Sequence record: MT710307.1
Reading direction: 5' to 3' (one strand)
Length of the DNA: 64,000 nucleotides
Of this stretch, positions 1 through 9,716 are shown piece by piece. Position 1 is the first letter of the stretch. The number at the start of each line of letters is the position of its first letter. The translations under genes were made by a program, and so were the position numbers. The notes beneath the pieces were generated by a model. It was not told the origin of the DNA. It worked only from the letters and a program-made list of their open reading frames with translations, and did no database searches.

Positions 1-537
1 GAAGGTGTCAACCGGCATGATGGGCATCTGCACTTCAATTTCCCAGCCAAGATAATCTTGATCAAAATCAGCGTCTGAGAACCAAACCATAATTTGGTTA
101 TCAACATCGGATGGACTTTCTACTTTGTCCACCGTGGTTTCGAATTTCCAGCTCACCCAGCGTGGGAACCAGTTACCGTTTGCCTGAATCATGGCACCCG
201 TCTGCACATTGCTGATTGTGGTTTGGAATTGTCCCACTAACAAACGCTGAAACTCTGACTCGTCATTTTTCGTGTTGCCCAGAATCGCTTGGTTGTAAAT
301 CCACTGGGTCAACGCGAGGACATGGTCAGTAAAGAGTGCCGGTACTTTTATCTTCGTCTCATCGCGAAGATACGTGAACGCCACTAATTCAACCTGAAGG
401 TTAGCCTTAGCGAATTTTTGTTTATTCTTCGCAAAAGACCAACTTTGATCGGATAACTCACCTACTGGAGCAACTGCACCCTCAGGAGCGTTATCGATTA
501 GTGCCGGTATTTCGATGAAGCCTTGTAAATTGAACAT
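1..537 (-). CDS. Probable virion structural protein, 3'-truncated by window edge
   Basis: Read by hand (absent from the ORF track). ATG at 537, open to position 1 (179 codons): MFNLQGFIEIPALIDNAPEGAVAPVGELSDQSWSFAK... The structural role is inferred from context. Confidence 0.6.
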   Translation of the reverse strand, partial: MFNLQGFIEIPALIDNAPEGAVAPVGELSDQSWSFAKNKQKFAKANLQVELVAFTYLRDETKIKVPALFTDHVLALTQWIYNQAILGNTKNDESEFQRLLVGQFQTTISNVQTGAMIQANGNWFPRWVSWKFETTVDKVESPSDVDNQIMVWFSDADFDQDYLGWEIEVQMPIMPVDTF

Positions 538-559
538 AAAAATAAACTCCGAGGTGAGC

Positions 560-1048
560 ATGATAGCTGCAATTATTAAACTGCTTCCTTTTCTCCAGTT
601 GCTTCTAGAAGCATTCAAGCCGGGGGATGGAGAAAAGGTAACCCGAGCCAATAAAATCACAGCACTCGCAATCGTTTTACTTCTGACGTATTCACTCTTT
701 GTGTCGTACGCCTACGTTGACCAGTTTCATAAATTGGTTCAGATTCGAGAACACGACCAGTACGTCGCTCGCCAGAACGACGAGCGTGGAGAGACCATCA
801 AAACGCAGGCGGATGAGTTAAGAACGCTCTACAGCCGCATTTTCGAATGCTTGAGCAATCGACCATATGATGGCGCGAAGGGCGCAGCAAGTGTACCACC
901 TCCTGCTCCAGTGGCGGTACCTCAAACACCGGTTCACACCGAAACCAAAACCACCGACAACAAGCGCGAGGCTGCTGCTAAGCCGGTAGGTGTAGTAGAT
1001 ATGAGTCAGTTCCGTCAAGAACTGCTCAAGAACTTAAACGAGGAGTGA
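560..1048 (+). CDS. Membrane protein, putative i-spanin
   Basis: GAGGTG RBS before ATG 560. It has an N-terminal hydrophobic helix (ITALAIVLLLTYSLFVSYAYV), a coiled-coil-like middle and a Pro-rich linker. It overlaps a lipoprotein gene by 4 nt. Confidence 0.55.
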   Translation: MIAAIIKLLPFLQLLLEAFKPGDGEKVTRANKITALAIVLLLTYSLFVSYAYVDQFHKLVQIREHDQYVARQNDERGETIKTQADELRTLYSRIFECLSNRPYDGAKGAASVPPPAPVAVPQTPVHTETKTTDNKREAAAKPVGVVDMSQFRQELLKNLNEE

Positions 1049-1515
1049 AAATGAGGGTCATGCTAATTTGCTTATCGCTGTTGCTCACAGCGTGTAGCAG
1101 CTGGGCACCCGTCAAGACGACCACTGCAAACACTGAGTGGTCAGTTCGTGAACTTGGACCACCCCCTGTTTATCCACAAGGGGTAGTAAGTCTGGATGAC
1201 CCGCGATACCGTTCGTGGGTGGCAGATGTTAATGCGTATGCGTACTACGTGTTCGTGTACGCCCGTAATCTTAATGATTACGCCAGAGTTCACGGGTGGC
1301 GGCCACCGCAGGTTGCACCCATTTGTGAGAAGTTTGATTTGTGGGTGGTTCATCCCATTCCGCAACGCATTACCTTGGACGAACGTGCTCGCCGTCCTGA
1401 GGACATCTCACGCGATTTGGCAACGCAACTCAAGCGCATTCTACTGAATTACCGTGAAGATCGTAAGTCTTTCCAGAAAGCATACGAAGCCCACCTTAGC
1501 ACATGCCTTAACTAA
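1045..1515 (+). CDS. Lipoprotein, putative o-spanin
   Basis: Signal peptide with lipobox LLLTA-C (Cys17), Pro-rich segments, and coupling to the upstream TM protein. Confidence 0.55.
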   Translation: MKMRVMLICLSLLLTACSSWAPVKTTTANTEWSVRELGPPPVYPQGVVSLDDPRYRSWVADVNAYAYYVFVYARNLNDYARVHGWRPPQVAPICEKFDLWVVHPIPQRITLDERARRPEDISRDLATQLKRILLNYREDRKSFQKAYEAHLSTCLN

Positions 1516-1519
1516 AACA

Positions 1520-1559
1520 CGACACCTATTCCTTCGGGAGTAGGTGTCGCTTTATTTTT
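1520..1559 (+). terminator. Intrinsic terminator (CTACTCC-family hairpin)
   Basis: CGACACCTATTCC-TTCG-GGAGTAGGTGTCG followed by a T-rich tract. Confidence 0.85.
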
Positions 1560-1603
1560 ACACAACCAACCCATCTAATGTATACCCACAGGAGAGTTTA
1601 ATC

Positions 1604-2359
1604 ATGACCGAAGTCACCCCAACCAAACGCACGCCGAATATCTTCGATGCACCCGATATCCATATCCCAACCATCGTCATCGGTATCGACGCCGAGACCA
1701 AGTCAACCCGTGCCGATGCGTATCCGGTTGCCATTGGGGCAGGGGCATGGGACATCGCCACAATGCGCCTTATTGCGACGCATTACCAGACCATCGACCC
1801 GAACGATGAGAAGGCCAAGGCTATCTTCCATGAAGACCCATACACCATGGCGTGGTGGCGCGGGGAAGGGGATAACCCAGACTATGCTCCATCGCGCGAA
1901 GCGTATGTCGAAGCCTTCTCCGGCACCATGCCGATGCCAGAAGCGCTGTGGGGGATGTACAACTTCCTTGAGAAGTTCAAATCTCACAAGGTTGCACTGA
2001 CTATGCGTGGCCCAGAGTTCGATCAACCGATTCTGATGAACGCCTTTGCCCAGTGTGATGTCCCGACGAGTCTCCTAAAACGTTTCTCGATGCTGGACTC
2101 TGACCGGACGGCTGAGCGTATCATGCACGCTTTCAACCTGACGCCGGACTACCGGGCGGAATCGCATAACTGGACGCGCGGTAAAGACGCTTATCTGCAC
2201 CATGCCTGTTTTGATGCAGCGCGTGAAGGTTACATTACTGCCCGTATTTATCACTTAGCGCTGGTTGCACGCCTGCACGGCTTTGACCGTATGCTGGAAG
2301 CGCACAACCAACTGATGACCGGTGAATATACGGCTATGGATTATCTGAGAGAGGAATAA
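1604..2359 (+). CDS. DEDDh-family 3'-5' exonuclease
   Basis: Motifs GIDAET (ExoI), GPEFDQPIL (ExoII) and HHACFDA (ExoIII). Start moved to ATG 1604 behind GGAGAG. Confidence 0.75.
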   Translation: MTEVTPTKRTPNIFDAPDIHIPTIVIGIDAETKSTRADAYPVAIGAGAWDIATMRLIATHYQTIDPNDEKAKAIFHEDPYTMAWWRGEGDNPDYAPSREAYVEAFSGTMPMPEALWGMYNFLEKFKSHKVALTMRGPEFDQPILMNAFAQCDVPTSLLKRFSMLDSDRTAERIMHAFNLTPDYRAESHNWTRGKDAYLHHACFDAAREGYITARIYHLALVARLHGFDRMLEAHNQLMTGEYTAMDYLREE

Positions 2360-3879
2360 TGGACGTTAAAGAGTACGATCATGTCGTCGTCTATACGGAC
2401 GGTAGTCGTGTAGGCCCCCCAAATGGTACGGGGGGCGGTATCCACGGGTACGCTTTCAACAGTGGGGTGTTAAATGAAAACACCCCGTACAGCCTGCCGG
2501 ACGTAGAGGAGTGTGTCACGACCAACGGGTACAAGAAGTTCCCGAAGGACATTAAGAAGCCCACGGTACCTGAAACAGTTGATTTCTTCGACTGTGTAAT
2601 TCCCGTTCCGGCGGAGTTCTGGTCGGACGTGGCAGAACTGATGGCATTTATCAGTCTCTTTGAAAACTCACCTATCCTTGCCAAGAACTACACCATCTAT
2701 ATCGATGCGTCTTACGTGGTCAACGCGTGGAACGATTGGATGGATGGTTGGCGTAAGCGCGGTTGGACGAAGGCAGACGGTACCCCGATTGCTAACGTCA
2801 ACCTTATCAAGAAGATTGATGAGATTAAGACCCGTTTGCGTCAAGAAGGCCGTTCTATCCGCGTGATCAAAATCAAAGGTCATGCAGGGTTCTACGGTAA
2901 CGAGCGTGCAGACATGATGGCGCGTAAAGCCTCATCAATGGTTGCTGCGGGTCAAGGGGTTGAGTACCGTCCGTTGTGGAGCGTCTCCGGTGAGCTGCCT
3001 GCGGAACCCGAAGCTGAGGTCATGGGCAGTGACGGCAGTTTACTCAACATGCCAAAAATCACCAACACGAAGTTCTGCTATCCGTTAGTGAATGAGGAGC
3101 ACCCGACCTTGTCCATTAACGGTGAAAGCTGGAAATACATGTTCGGTGGGAACCACGCAAAGAACAAGGAAGATATCGTGTTCATCGGTAAGATGATTCC
3201 CGATGCACAGTTTGCGGTGTTCCTGAGTAAAGACGGTTGGGATAACATTTATCAGTTGGTCAACAAGCACAACGAATTGGCATGGGATAATATCCCGCCG
3301 ATGAAACGTTACGACCCAATTGCCATTGTGTACAACACGATGATTAAGCGCAAGAAGTTCCAAGATGCGGCGAAAGAAGGGTTGCCGGTTAATCTGATGA
3401 AATTCAGTGAGGACGGGAACCTGTGGATGTATGACGACCTTGCCATTACGCGTGTCGTGCGCCCAGCGCTGCTCTCTTACCGTGCGTTGGAAATCCGTGA
3501 TGAACTGGCTGCCTTTTTACGCGACGGCGTAGAAGCCCGCTCAAGCGTTGTGCTGAACGATATCACCCATCTGCTGTTTGATGAGAAAGACAAGCCGGTG
3601 AAGACCTTCTACCGTAATGTCGATGTCAGCTTCAACGTGAAGGTCAACTACCCTGAAAGTGACAAGCAGATTCCGATTATCCTGACCCGTAATATCGACA
3701 TGCCGGATCGTACCGACATGAACCGTATCATGGAGCCGGGGGGTAAATGGTACGTGGCTTGTCGTCGTCCCCAGAAACGTTGCGTGGAGTTTGCTGTGGT
3801 CTACATTGGTAAGGAATACCATGGACTGTGGTGTGGCTATTATGCCAACAAACGCATCCTGAAAGAAGAGGAAGTGTAA
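2359..3879 (+). CDS. rnhA: RNase HI-like protein with large C-terminal extension (phiKZ-type)
   Basis: YTDGS, VAEL, YIDASYV, W...GW...G.PIAN and IKGHAGFYGNERADMMA are all RNase HI catalytic or structural motifs. Confidence 0.9.
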   Translation: MDVKEYDHVVVYTDGSRVGPPNGTGGGIHGYAFNSGVLNENTPYSLPDVEECVTTNGYKKFPKDIKKPTVPETVDFFDCVIPVPAEFWSDVAELMAFISLFENSPILAKNYTIYIDASYVVNAWNDWMDGWRKRGWTKADGTPIANVNLIKKIDEIKTRLRQEGRSIRVIKIKGHAGFYGNERADMMARKASSMVAAGQGVEYRPLWSVSGELPAEPEAEVMGSDGSLLNMPKITNTKFCYPLVNEEHPTLSINGESWKYMFGGNHAKNKEDIVFIGKMIPDAQFAVFLSKDGWDNIYQLVNKHNELAWDNIPPMKRYDPIAIVYNTMIKRKKFQDAAKEGLPVNLMKFSEDGNLWMYDDLAITRVVRPALLSYRALEIRDELAAFLRDGVEARSSVVLNDITHLLFDEKDKPVKTFYRNVDVSFNVKVNYPESDKQIPIILTRNIDMPDRTDMNRIMEPGGKWYVACRRPQKRCVEFAVVYIGKEYHGLWCGYYANKRILKEEEV

Positions 3880-4631
3880 TGCAGAAGTTGCACAGCCAAA
3901 CGCTTGTGATGCACACCGCGCAGTTGGTGGAGTCGATGGCGGACTACGCGTTTCTCACGTATGTGAAAGACCGTGCACGGTGTCAGGTGGAAGGGATTCC
4001 ACCGTTCGACTGTCGTGAGATTGGGAAACAGGCCATGGCGGAAGTCGTGGCTGAACTCCTGCTCGATGCGATTATGGGAATTAACGCCAACACCGGTTTC
4101 AGTTATCGCGGCGTCGTGAAGATGCCGGTTATCCACACCGAAAAGTATCAGAACTGGCGTGACTCAGGCAATTGTGGGATGTTCACCATCGAAGAGATGT
4201 TTGACGCCCACTGCCGTGAGTTACCGCTGGGGCCACTCATCGAAGGCGCGATTCGCTGGTACACCAGTGAGTTTGTCAACGAGATCATGGCGCTGATCAA
4301 CAACGATTGGTACTGTGACCGAGAAAATGAACTCGTTATCTTCACCAGTCGTGAGTTGCTCGTGAAGCAGATTCTCAACGGCACGGTGGTGTTGCCATTG
4401 CTGGCGAAGGAAGATTACGAATTTGCGGCTGAGGCAGACAGCTTCGAAGCAATCCGTGACGAGGTCTTCCAGTGGCCGTACTCGTTTGTCACCCAAAACG
4501 AGATGAAGGTATTGCACGAACGTATTCCGTCTTTCATCCTCTCGCCAGAAGACCAAGATTCCGACGAAGACCCTACGGTCGAACTCTACGTCTTGAAGCC
4601 AGAAGTGATTGATAGAATCAAAAAACTCTGA
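3879..4631 (+). CDS. Hypothetical acidic protein
   Basis: ATG 3879 overlaps the RNase H stop (TAATG). 250 codons. Confidence 0.7.
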   Translation: MQKLHSQTLVMHTAQLVESMADYAFLTYVKDRARCQVEGIPPFDCREIGKQAMAEVVAELLLDAIMGINANTGFSYRGVVKMPVIHTEKYQNWRDSGNCGMFTIEEMFDAHCRELPLGPLIEGAIRWYTSEFVNEIMALINNDWYCDRENELVIFTSRELLVKQILNGTVVLPLLAKEDYEFAAEADSFEAIRDEVFQWPYSFVTQNEMKVLHERIPSFILSPEDQDSDEDPTVELYVLKPEVIDRIKKL

Positions 4632-4652
4632 GATAGATATTATCTTGGTGAG
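4631..4652 (+). promoter_or_regulatory. Phage early (virion RNAP) promoter motif
   Basis: AGATAGATATTATCTTGGTGAG, one of five similar copies. It resembles the phiKZ early TATATTAC element. Confidence 0.7.
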
Positions 4653-4673
4653 TAGTCTATAAGGAGTATCAAA

Positions 4674-5408
4674 ATGCTTCGTGTCAACACCCCCGAACTC
4701 CTTCTCTTTAACCCCTCGCTCGTCGAGGGGTTGTTCGACAAGATGTGGGAGCGGTACTTTAGAGAGGAGTTGAACTCTGACCCGTGGTGGGAACGCTATC
4801 GTGGTGACTTCTTTCTGGACTCTTCGCAGATTACGCTGGATGTATTCAGCCGCTGTGTCGAAGAAGTAGTACAAGCTGCAAACTTGCGTCGTCCGATGGA
4901 CTTTAATTACATCACGTTTGATTTTTCATGGTACATGGACAATTACAACTACGAATGTGATTTGGGGATCGACGACCAAGAGAAGATTGAAAACAAGATG
5001 TTTGATTTCTTCCACTTTGCAATTAATCAATTGGTTTCACAGGAGTTCTTAGATGCCGCATCTGCGCGACTGACCCCCACATGGGAATCCTTAACGGAAC
5101 TCGTGGGACAGCGTGGTATTGTGGGTTTCTGGTACGAACCCTGTCAAGGCCAGCTGCACATGGACTCAGGACGTGACCACGTCTGGGCGGTGCAAGAAGG
5201 GGATTATGACGCTGAGCTGTATGCTGAGTGGCAAGGCGCGGTTGCAGGCACACTCTTTTACCACGCCACGATTGGCGATGGTAATGAGTTTTATTTATTT
5301 AATGGGTCGCTTATCCAAGACGGACAAACACTTGACCACATCCCACTTGGGGAGATGGTGACACTGTGTCGTCTGACTGAACAAGCACAAACTACCATTG
5401 ACCTTTAA
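4674..5408 (+). CDS. Hypothetical acidic protein
   Basis: AAGGAG RBS, 244 aa, directly after the early promoter. Confidence 0.75.
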   Translation: MLRVNTPELLLFNPSLVEGLFDKMWERYFREELNSDPWWERYRGDFFLDSSQITLDVFSRCVEEVVQAANLRRPMDFNYITFDFSWYMDNYNYECDLGIDDQEKIENKMFDFFHFAINQLVSQEFLDAASARLTPTWESLTELVGQRGIVGFWYEPCQGQLHMDSGRDHVWAVQEGDYDAELYAEWQGAVAGTLFYHATIGDGNEFYLFNGSLIQDGQTLDHIPLGEMVTLCRLTEQAQTTIDL

Positions 5409-5420
5409 GGAGTATCTACC

Positions 5421-5789
5421 ATGAAACTTGATCAAGCTATCCAGCAGTATGTTACCCAATTCGACCGCCACGGTCTGTTCCTGCTTCGCTTCACTAACGA
5501 AGCCCAACTACTGGAACACAACCCAAAAACGTTCGCGGTCGTGTATGAAAACGACGGCATCGGTGAACCAGAGCGCATGACACTGCGTAAGCTGCGTCAA
5601 GATGCCATCGAAGCCAAGGTCGTTCATGTTCAACCCGTCGTCTGCGCCCAAGGCTGGCCAGGCAAGCTCGATGTCGAAGCAGACGTGGTATTGACTGTCG
5701 TGCAGGACGGTGACGTGCGCCGACTGGTGCCTGTAAAATGGCGTACCCTCGATACCCTGCCAGACGGCGTTGAATTCACGGAGTTGTAA
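5421..5789 (+). CDS. Hypothetical protein
   Basis: AAGGAG RBS, 122 aa. Confidence 0.75.
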   Translation: MKLDQAIQQYVTQFDRHGLFLLRFTNEAQLLEHNPKTFAVVYENDGIGEPERMTLRKLRQDAIEAKVVHVQPVVCAQGWPGKLDVEADVVLTVVQDGDVRRLVPVKWRTLDTLPDGVEFTEL

Positions 5790-5791
5790 GT

Positions 5792-6529
5792 ATGGATATG
5801 CGTCCCGTCAGGTTATACCTGCTGACGGCGCTTCACGATCATTTGATGCGTCTCGGTGAGGCGCGTCATATCGCGAAGACAGCGTATCTGATGATTGCGC
5901 GAGAAATCGCGCGGTCTGACTTACGTTCCCGTCACAAATGGCTGTTAACGGATGTGTGTGAGCGTTTGAAAGCACGCGTCTATTCGGATGAACTTACCCG
6001 TGCCCTTTCCTACGTCTGGGTCTATGATGACATTCGGGGCGAATCCTTTCTCGACAACAGCGCACGGGTGGTTAAGTTAATCGAACGGGTGACCAACGAT
6101 TACTACGCAACCACGGGTGGCCTCACAACCGAAGTGAATATCCAAAGTACCATCTTGGATTCGCTTCGTGAGACTGCCAATCATCTCGATGCGCCCATTC
6201 TTTTTTCTACCGACTACGACCTGTTGCGTTTTCGCATCTGGTTTACCGGGGAAATGGATGACGTCGACATGCACGAGCTGTGGTGTCATGACGTGCACAG
6301 CATGGATGAATGGACGACCCTGCTTACGACGTATCCCTCGGAGAAATACCTGTGGCGGCAAGATCACGAGCCGCTGCTTCCAGAGCGACTGGATGAAGAA
6401 GGTTACGACATCGAAGCGTTCTGGAAAAACATCTCGATTCTCAGTTTGGACAAGCTCTACGTTGAGGCGAAGGAGCGTCTGTGTTCCGAGGATGATGACC
6501 GATGCGAACTGTACACAGCTATGCACTGA
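5792..6529 (+). CDS. Hypothetical protein
   Basis: 245 aa, closely packed in the operon. Confidence 0.7.
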   Translation: MDMRPVRLYLLTALHDHLMRLGEARHIAKTAYLMIAREIARSDLRSRHKWLLTDVCERLKARVYSDELTRALSYVWVYDDIRGESFLDNSARVVKLIERVTNDYYATTGGLTTEVNIQSTILDSLRETANHLDAPILFSTDYDLLRFRIWFTGEMDDVDMHELWCHDVHSMDEWTTLLTTYPSEKYLWRQDHEPLLPERLDEEGYDIEAFWKNISILSLDKLYVEAKERLCSEDDDRCELYTAMH

Positions 6530-6918
6530 TGATGTTCCAAGCGTGGTGGCCAAAACTTACGGACGGGATTATTGGCGTGTCGGGGTGGGAATATGTGCTG
6601 GTGACCTCGTATTTGATGGAGTGTGCGAAGAACGGCCTTATCCTGCCCAGTGAACGTCGACAGGCGATGCTGATGGAGAAACTTGACTCCATGTATCCGG
6701 CAGCGATGTTCCAACACCGTAAGCATTTGTTCCACGCGGCGCTTGTTGAGTTAGGTGATGAACGTACTGCGATTATCGTGAAGAAAATACGCGATGAGAT
6801 GGTTAATGTGTCACGCGAACTTAATCTGGTTTGGGTCGGTGTGACTTACACACCGTTAGATGTTGTTCGTTGTCGTTACCAAGTTAATTTCGCAGCCACA
6901 ACCCGAGGTGTTGCATGA
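6529..6918 (+). CDS. Hypothetical protein
   Basis: ATG 6529 overlaps the upstream TGA. The stop overlaps the next ATG. Confidence 0.6.
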   Translation: MMFQAWWPKLTDGIIGVSGWEYVLVTSYLMECAKNGLILPSERRQAMLMEKLDSMYPAAMFQHRKHLFHAALVELGDERTAIIVKKIRDEMVNVSRELNLVWVGVTYTPLDVVRCRYQVNFAATTRGVA

Positions 6919-7454
6919 AAGTATTATTAGACTTCTCGTTATCAGAATCGCGGGCAAAGCTCGATGCGGTTTTGCTGACGATGAAGAAGTCGTTGGAGTT
7001 CGAAGTCCACAACGCGCTCGCCGAGTATGAGCGTACGTTAAAAGTGGAAACGGGCGATACCTATTGTCTGGTCGATGCCGAAGGGATTGTCAAAACCACG
7101 GTCGGCTCGATGATTGATAAAGTCCGTAACGTCCTCAGTACCCCGCTGCCGGTTATGGTGGCGCACTGGGACGATGGGGCCGATGTGCTTGACCTGATTC
7201 GCGATGCCTTTGAGAAAGGTGCGGCGAACATGGAGAGTATGGCGCTAGGTGATGCTACCGAAGTGTACGTGACCGTCCCCATGAAAGAGGGCGGGAACAA
7301 CTTTGAGATGGTGTCGCTGCACGAGGTGCTGAACACGGCCAATTCGCAGGCGATTGATAAGATACTGGATGACGCGTGTGTTAAAGTGCGCGACATCTGT
7401 ATCAAAGAGATTGTCTACATTCAGGAAAAACTCTTGAAGGGAGCTACTTGGTGA
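6915..7454 (+). CDS. Hypothetical acidic helical protein
   Basis: GAGG RBS, ATGA overlap, 179 aa. Confidence 0.7.
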   Translation: MKVLLDFSLSESRAKLDAVLLTMKKSLEFEVHNALAEYERTLKVETGDTYCLVDAEGIVKTTVGSMIDKVRNVLSTPLPVMVAHWDDGADVLDLIRDAFEKGAANMESMALGDATEVYVTVPMKEGGNNFEMVSLHEVLNTANSQAIDKILDDACVKVRDICIKEIVYIQEKLLKGATW

Positions 7455-8056
7455 AACTCCACATTAACCTGACCCCCAGTAACTTTGAAAAGCACTGGCC
7501 GGAAATGATGATGCAAATCCGTGAGTCGATGGATGCGTTTCTTCATGGCCACAATGAGCTGTCGGTTGAAGACAACAAACTCCTCACCACGACACTCTGG
7601 TCAACGCTGTTCGATCCGGTAGCGCGACTGTCCAAATCCATGCTGACGTTTGAATTTGACAATACCGATATCAAAGACAAGCGTATCGAGAAGAACATCG
7701 AGATTATCACCCTCGATACCAAACTCGACAGCGTGTTGGAAGATATTCGCGACGAGCTGAATGTGGAGCTGTTGAAGTTCCACAAAGAAACGACCACGAC
7801 AAACGAAACGCTCAATGCGTGGGTGGAATCGTGGACGGATGAGAGTCGTGGTGAACTGCGTGATGAATTGGTCTCGTTGGTACACCGCCACATCTCTTCG
7901 TTGCTCGATGTGCTGTTCGCACAACTCACCGCCGAAATCATTGAAATCTCGTTCCGCTTCCGACCGCGTCCGGTGTTGGTGTCAACGGACGGTGGTACGA
8001 AGATGGTAGGGCGTATGTCGGATATGATTCAGGACGTCCCTGACGAACCGGCTTAA
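7451..8056 (+). CDS. Hypothetical acidic helical protein
   Basis: AAGGGAG RBS. GTG 7451 overlaps the upstream TGA (the track's TTG 7448 is an alternative). Confidence 0.7.
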   Translation: MKLHINLTPSNFEKHWPEMMMQIRESMDAFLHGHNELSVEDNKLLTTTLWSTLFDPVARLSKSMLTFEFDNTDIKDKRIEKNIEIITLDTKLDSVLEDIRDELNVELLKFHKETTTTNETLNAWVESWTDESRGELRDELVSLVHRHISSLLDVLFAQLTAEIIEISFRFRPRPVLVSTDGGTKMVGRMSDMIQDVPDEPA

Positions 8057-8058
8057 CC

Positions 8059-8538
8059 ATGAACGTTTATTTCGATTACGATGACTCGCATATCCGGCAG
8101 ATGTGGGTCGATGCGTTTGACAGCATTCGTATCGATTTGCAAGAGTACCTGCGAGAACAGATGCGTGAGTGTTCGCACACGGAATCGGTTGTTCTAGCAC
8201 AAACACTGTTGCAGCCCACCTATCAGGTGTTTTACAAACAACACGACACTGTGTTTCGGACGGTCGTCGAGAAGGAAGACTTGGACGCAGCGGAGTATTC
8301 TTTTGAACTTGACGATGAAGGCTACCGGAAACTCATCAACCAGTGTATTGAAGAGTCGGTTGCGGAAACGAAAAAGGCATGGAACGTCAGGACGTTGCCG
8401 GTGTTATTCGACCGGGAAATCGTCTGCCGAAAAATCGAGGCCATTCTCTTCGAGCATCTGGATGAGTTTGTCATCGAGTTGGTTGGGTACATGGAAGTCT
8501 TTGTCAACGAACTGATAGAGCAACGTCGAAATAAATAA
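8059..8538 (+). CDS. Hypothetical acidic helical protein
   Basis: 159 aa, ends at a bidirectional terminator. Confidence 0.7.
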   Translation: MNVYFDYDDSHIRQMWVDAFDSIRIDLQEYLREQMRECSHTESVVLAQTLLQPTYQVFYKQHDTVFRTVVEKEDLDAAEYSFELDDEGYRKLINQCIEESVAETKKAWNVRTLPVLFDREIVCRKIEAILFEHLDEFVIELVGYMEVFVNELIEQRRNK

Positions 8539-8583
8539 AAAGCCTACCTACTCCCGAAGGAGTAGGTAGCTTTATTTTTTTTT
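8536..8583. terminator. Bidirectional intrinsic terminator
   Basis: A-tract, CTACCTACTCC-CGAA-GGAGTAGGTAG, T-tract, between convergent genes. Confidence 0.9.
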
Positions 8584-9343
8584 ATTTTGAATTGGCCTTT
8601 AAGGCTTTCAGTCTATCCCCGGTCTGGCTTAATGCTTGAATCAGCTCGTTGTTCTGTTTCATGAACAGACCAAACAGCTCAACCCAATCGGACGCCATGT
8701 CCAGCATCTTGACGATTTCAGCAGCACACTGCGGATGTACTGGTGTTTCTGCTAACTCATCTGTGCTGGCACCGATGCTGGCAATCAGCTTATCGATGTT
8801 GCGCTTGAGCTTTTCGGTAACCTCTTTGCTCAGTGCTTTGCTGCGGTTGAACGCCACATCAATCTCACCGGCATTGTGGAAGACCTTCTCAATCGGACGT
8901 TGGTCGACCGACGTTGTGGTGTAAGACGCGGCCAATTTCTTGACGAGGTCTTTCGGGTCAACGTTTTTGAGCGGGTACTTCAAATCTTTGAAGCGGAAAC
9001 CGACAGGAACGGTAAGCATTCCTTTGTCGTGGGTAAACGCGGCCAGTTGGCGGTTCACCGGTTCCAGCACACCATCAATCAGGTTGTCCAGCACAGACCA
9101 CACCGATTCCAGACGCTGGATATGGTCAATCATGTACACGTTCAGGCCCGGCGGTACGGTGACAAGCATCCCGGAGAAATGCAGGAACTTCTCTTGCTGC
9201 ATCCATTTGGACATTGCCGACATGTCTTCGTAGTTTGCCGGTTTGATTTCTTGTTCGCTTCCGTTGAACGTCTTAGGAAGCACAGCCGACACTTTCGAGG
9301 CAAAAGTAGAAAGCGCGGCAATCGGGTTCAGGTTCATTTTCAC
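8582..9343 (-). CDS. Probable virion structural protein
   Basis: 253-aa ORF with GAGG RBS and an upstream CTTAGTATG motif shared with the tail sheath gene. The function is inferred. Confidence 0.6.
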   Translation of the reverse strand: MKMNLNPIAALSTFASKVSAVLPKTFNGSEQEIKPANYEDMSAMSKWMQQEKFLHFSGMLVTVPPGLNVYMIDHIQRLESVWSVLDNLIDGVLEPVNRQLAAFTHDKGMLTVPVGFRFKDLKYPLKNVDPKDLVKKLAASYTTTSVDQRPIEKVFHNAGEIDVAFNRSKALSKEVTEKLKRNIDKLIASIGASTDELAETPVHPQCAAEIVKMLDMASDWVELFGLFMKQNNELIQALSQTGDRLKALKANSK

Positions 9344-9363
9344 CTCGGTGGAAGGGTAGGCTA

Positions 9364-9372
9364 CATACTAAG
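9364..9372 (-). promoter_or_regulatory. Putative late promoter (CTTAGTATG)
   Basis: The identical 9-mer lies upstream of the tail sheath (50797-50805). phiKZ late promoters have a TATG core. Confidence 0.45.
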
Positions 9373-9428
9373 TCTTTTTACGGTTAAGCCCTGTGTTATG
9401 TAGACGACTAACCCCTGAGGAATTGAAG

Positions 9429-9704
9429 ATGCAAATCAAAATGTTTACGCGTGCCTTGTCCGCGAAATTCGAACCTGAAATCTATTTCACCCCGCTGCGT
9501 AAGGATAATGAAGGCAATCGCGTTGTGGTTGGTCGTATCCTGAAATCAGAAACGCTGGCTGATGGTAAGCGTCAGTTGACCATCGAGATCGACGATCGTA
9601 ACAAAAACCGTTTCAAAGACTTGGGTGAAGAAGCTTGGGTCGAACAGCACTTCGAACTGAATAACAAGCGTCGTCTGATGCTGCCTACCAAAAAACGCGC
9701 TTAA
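9429..9704 (+). CDS. Hypothetical basic protein
   Basis: GAGG RBS before ATG 9429. It precedes the RecA-like gene. Confidence 0.65.
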   Translation: MQIKMFTRALSAKFEPEIYFTPLRKDNEGNRVVVGRILKSETLADGKRQLTIEIDDRNKNRFKDLGEEAWVEQHFELNNKRRLMLPTKKRA

Positions 9705-9716
9705 CGGAGTTACGAC

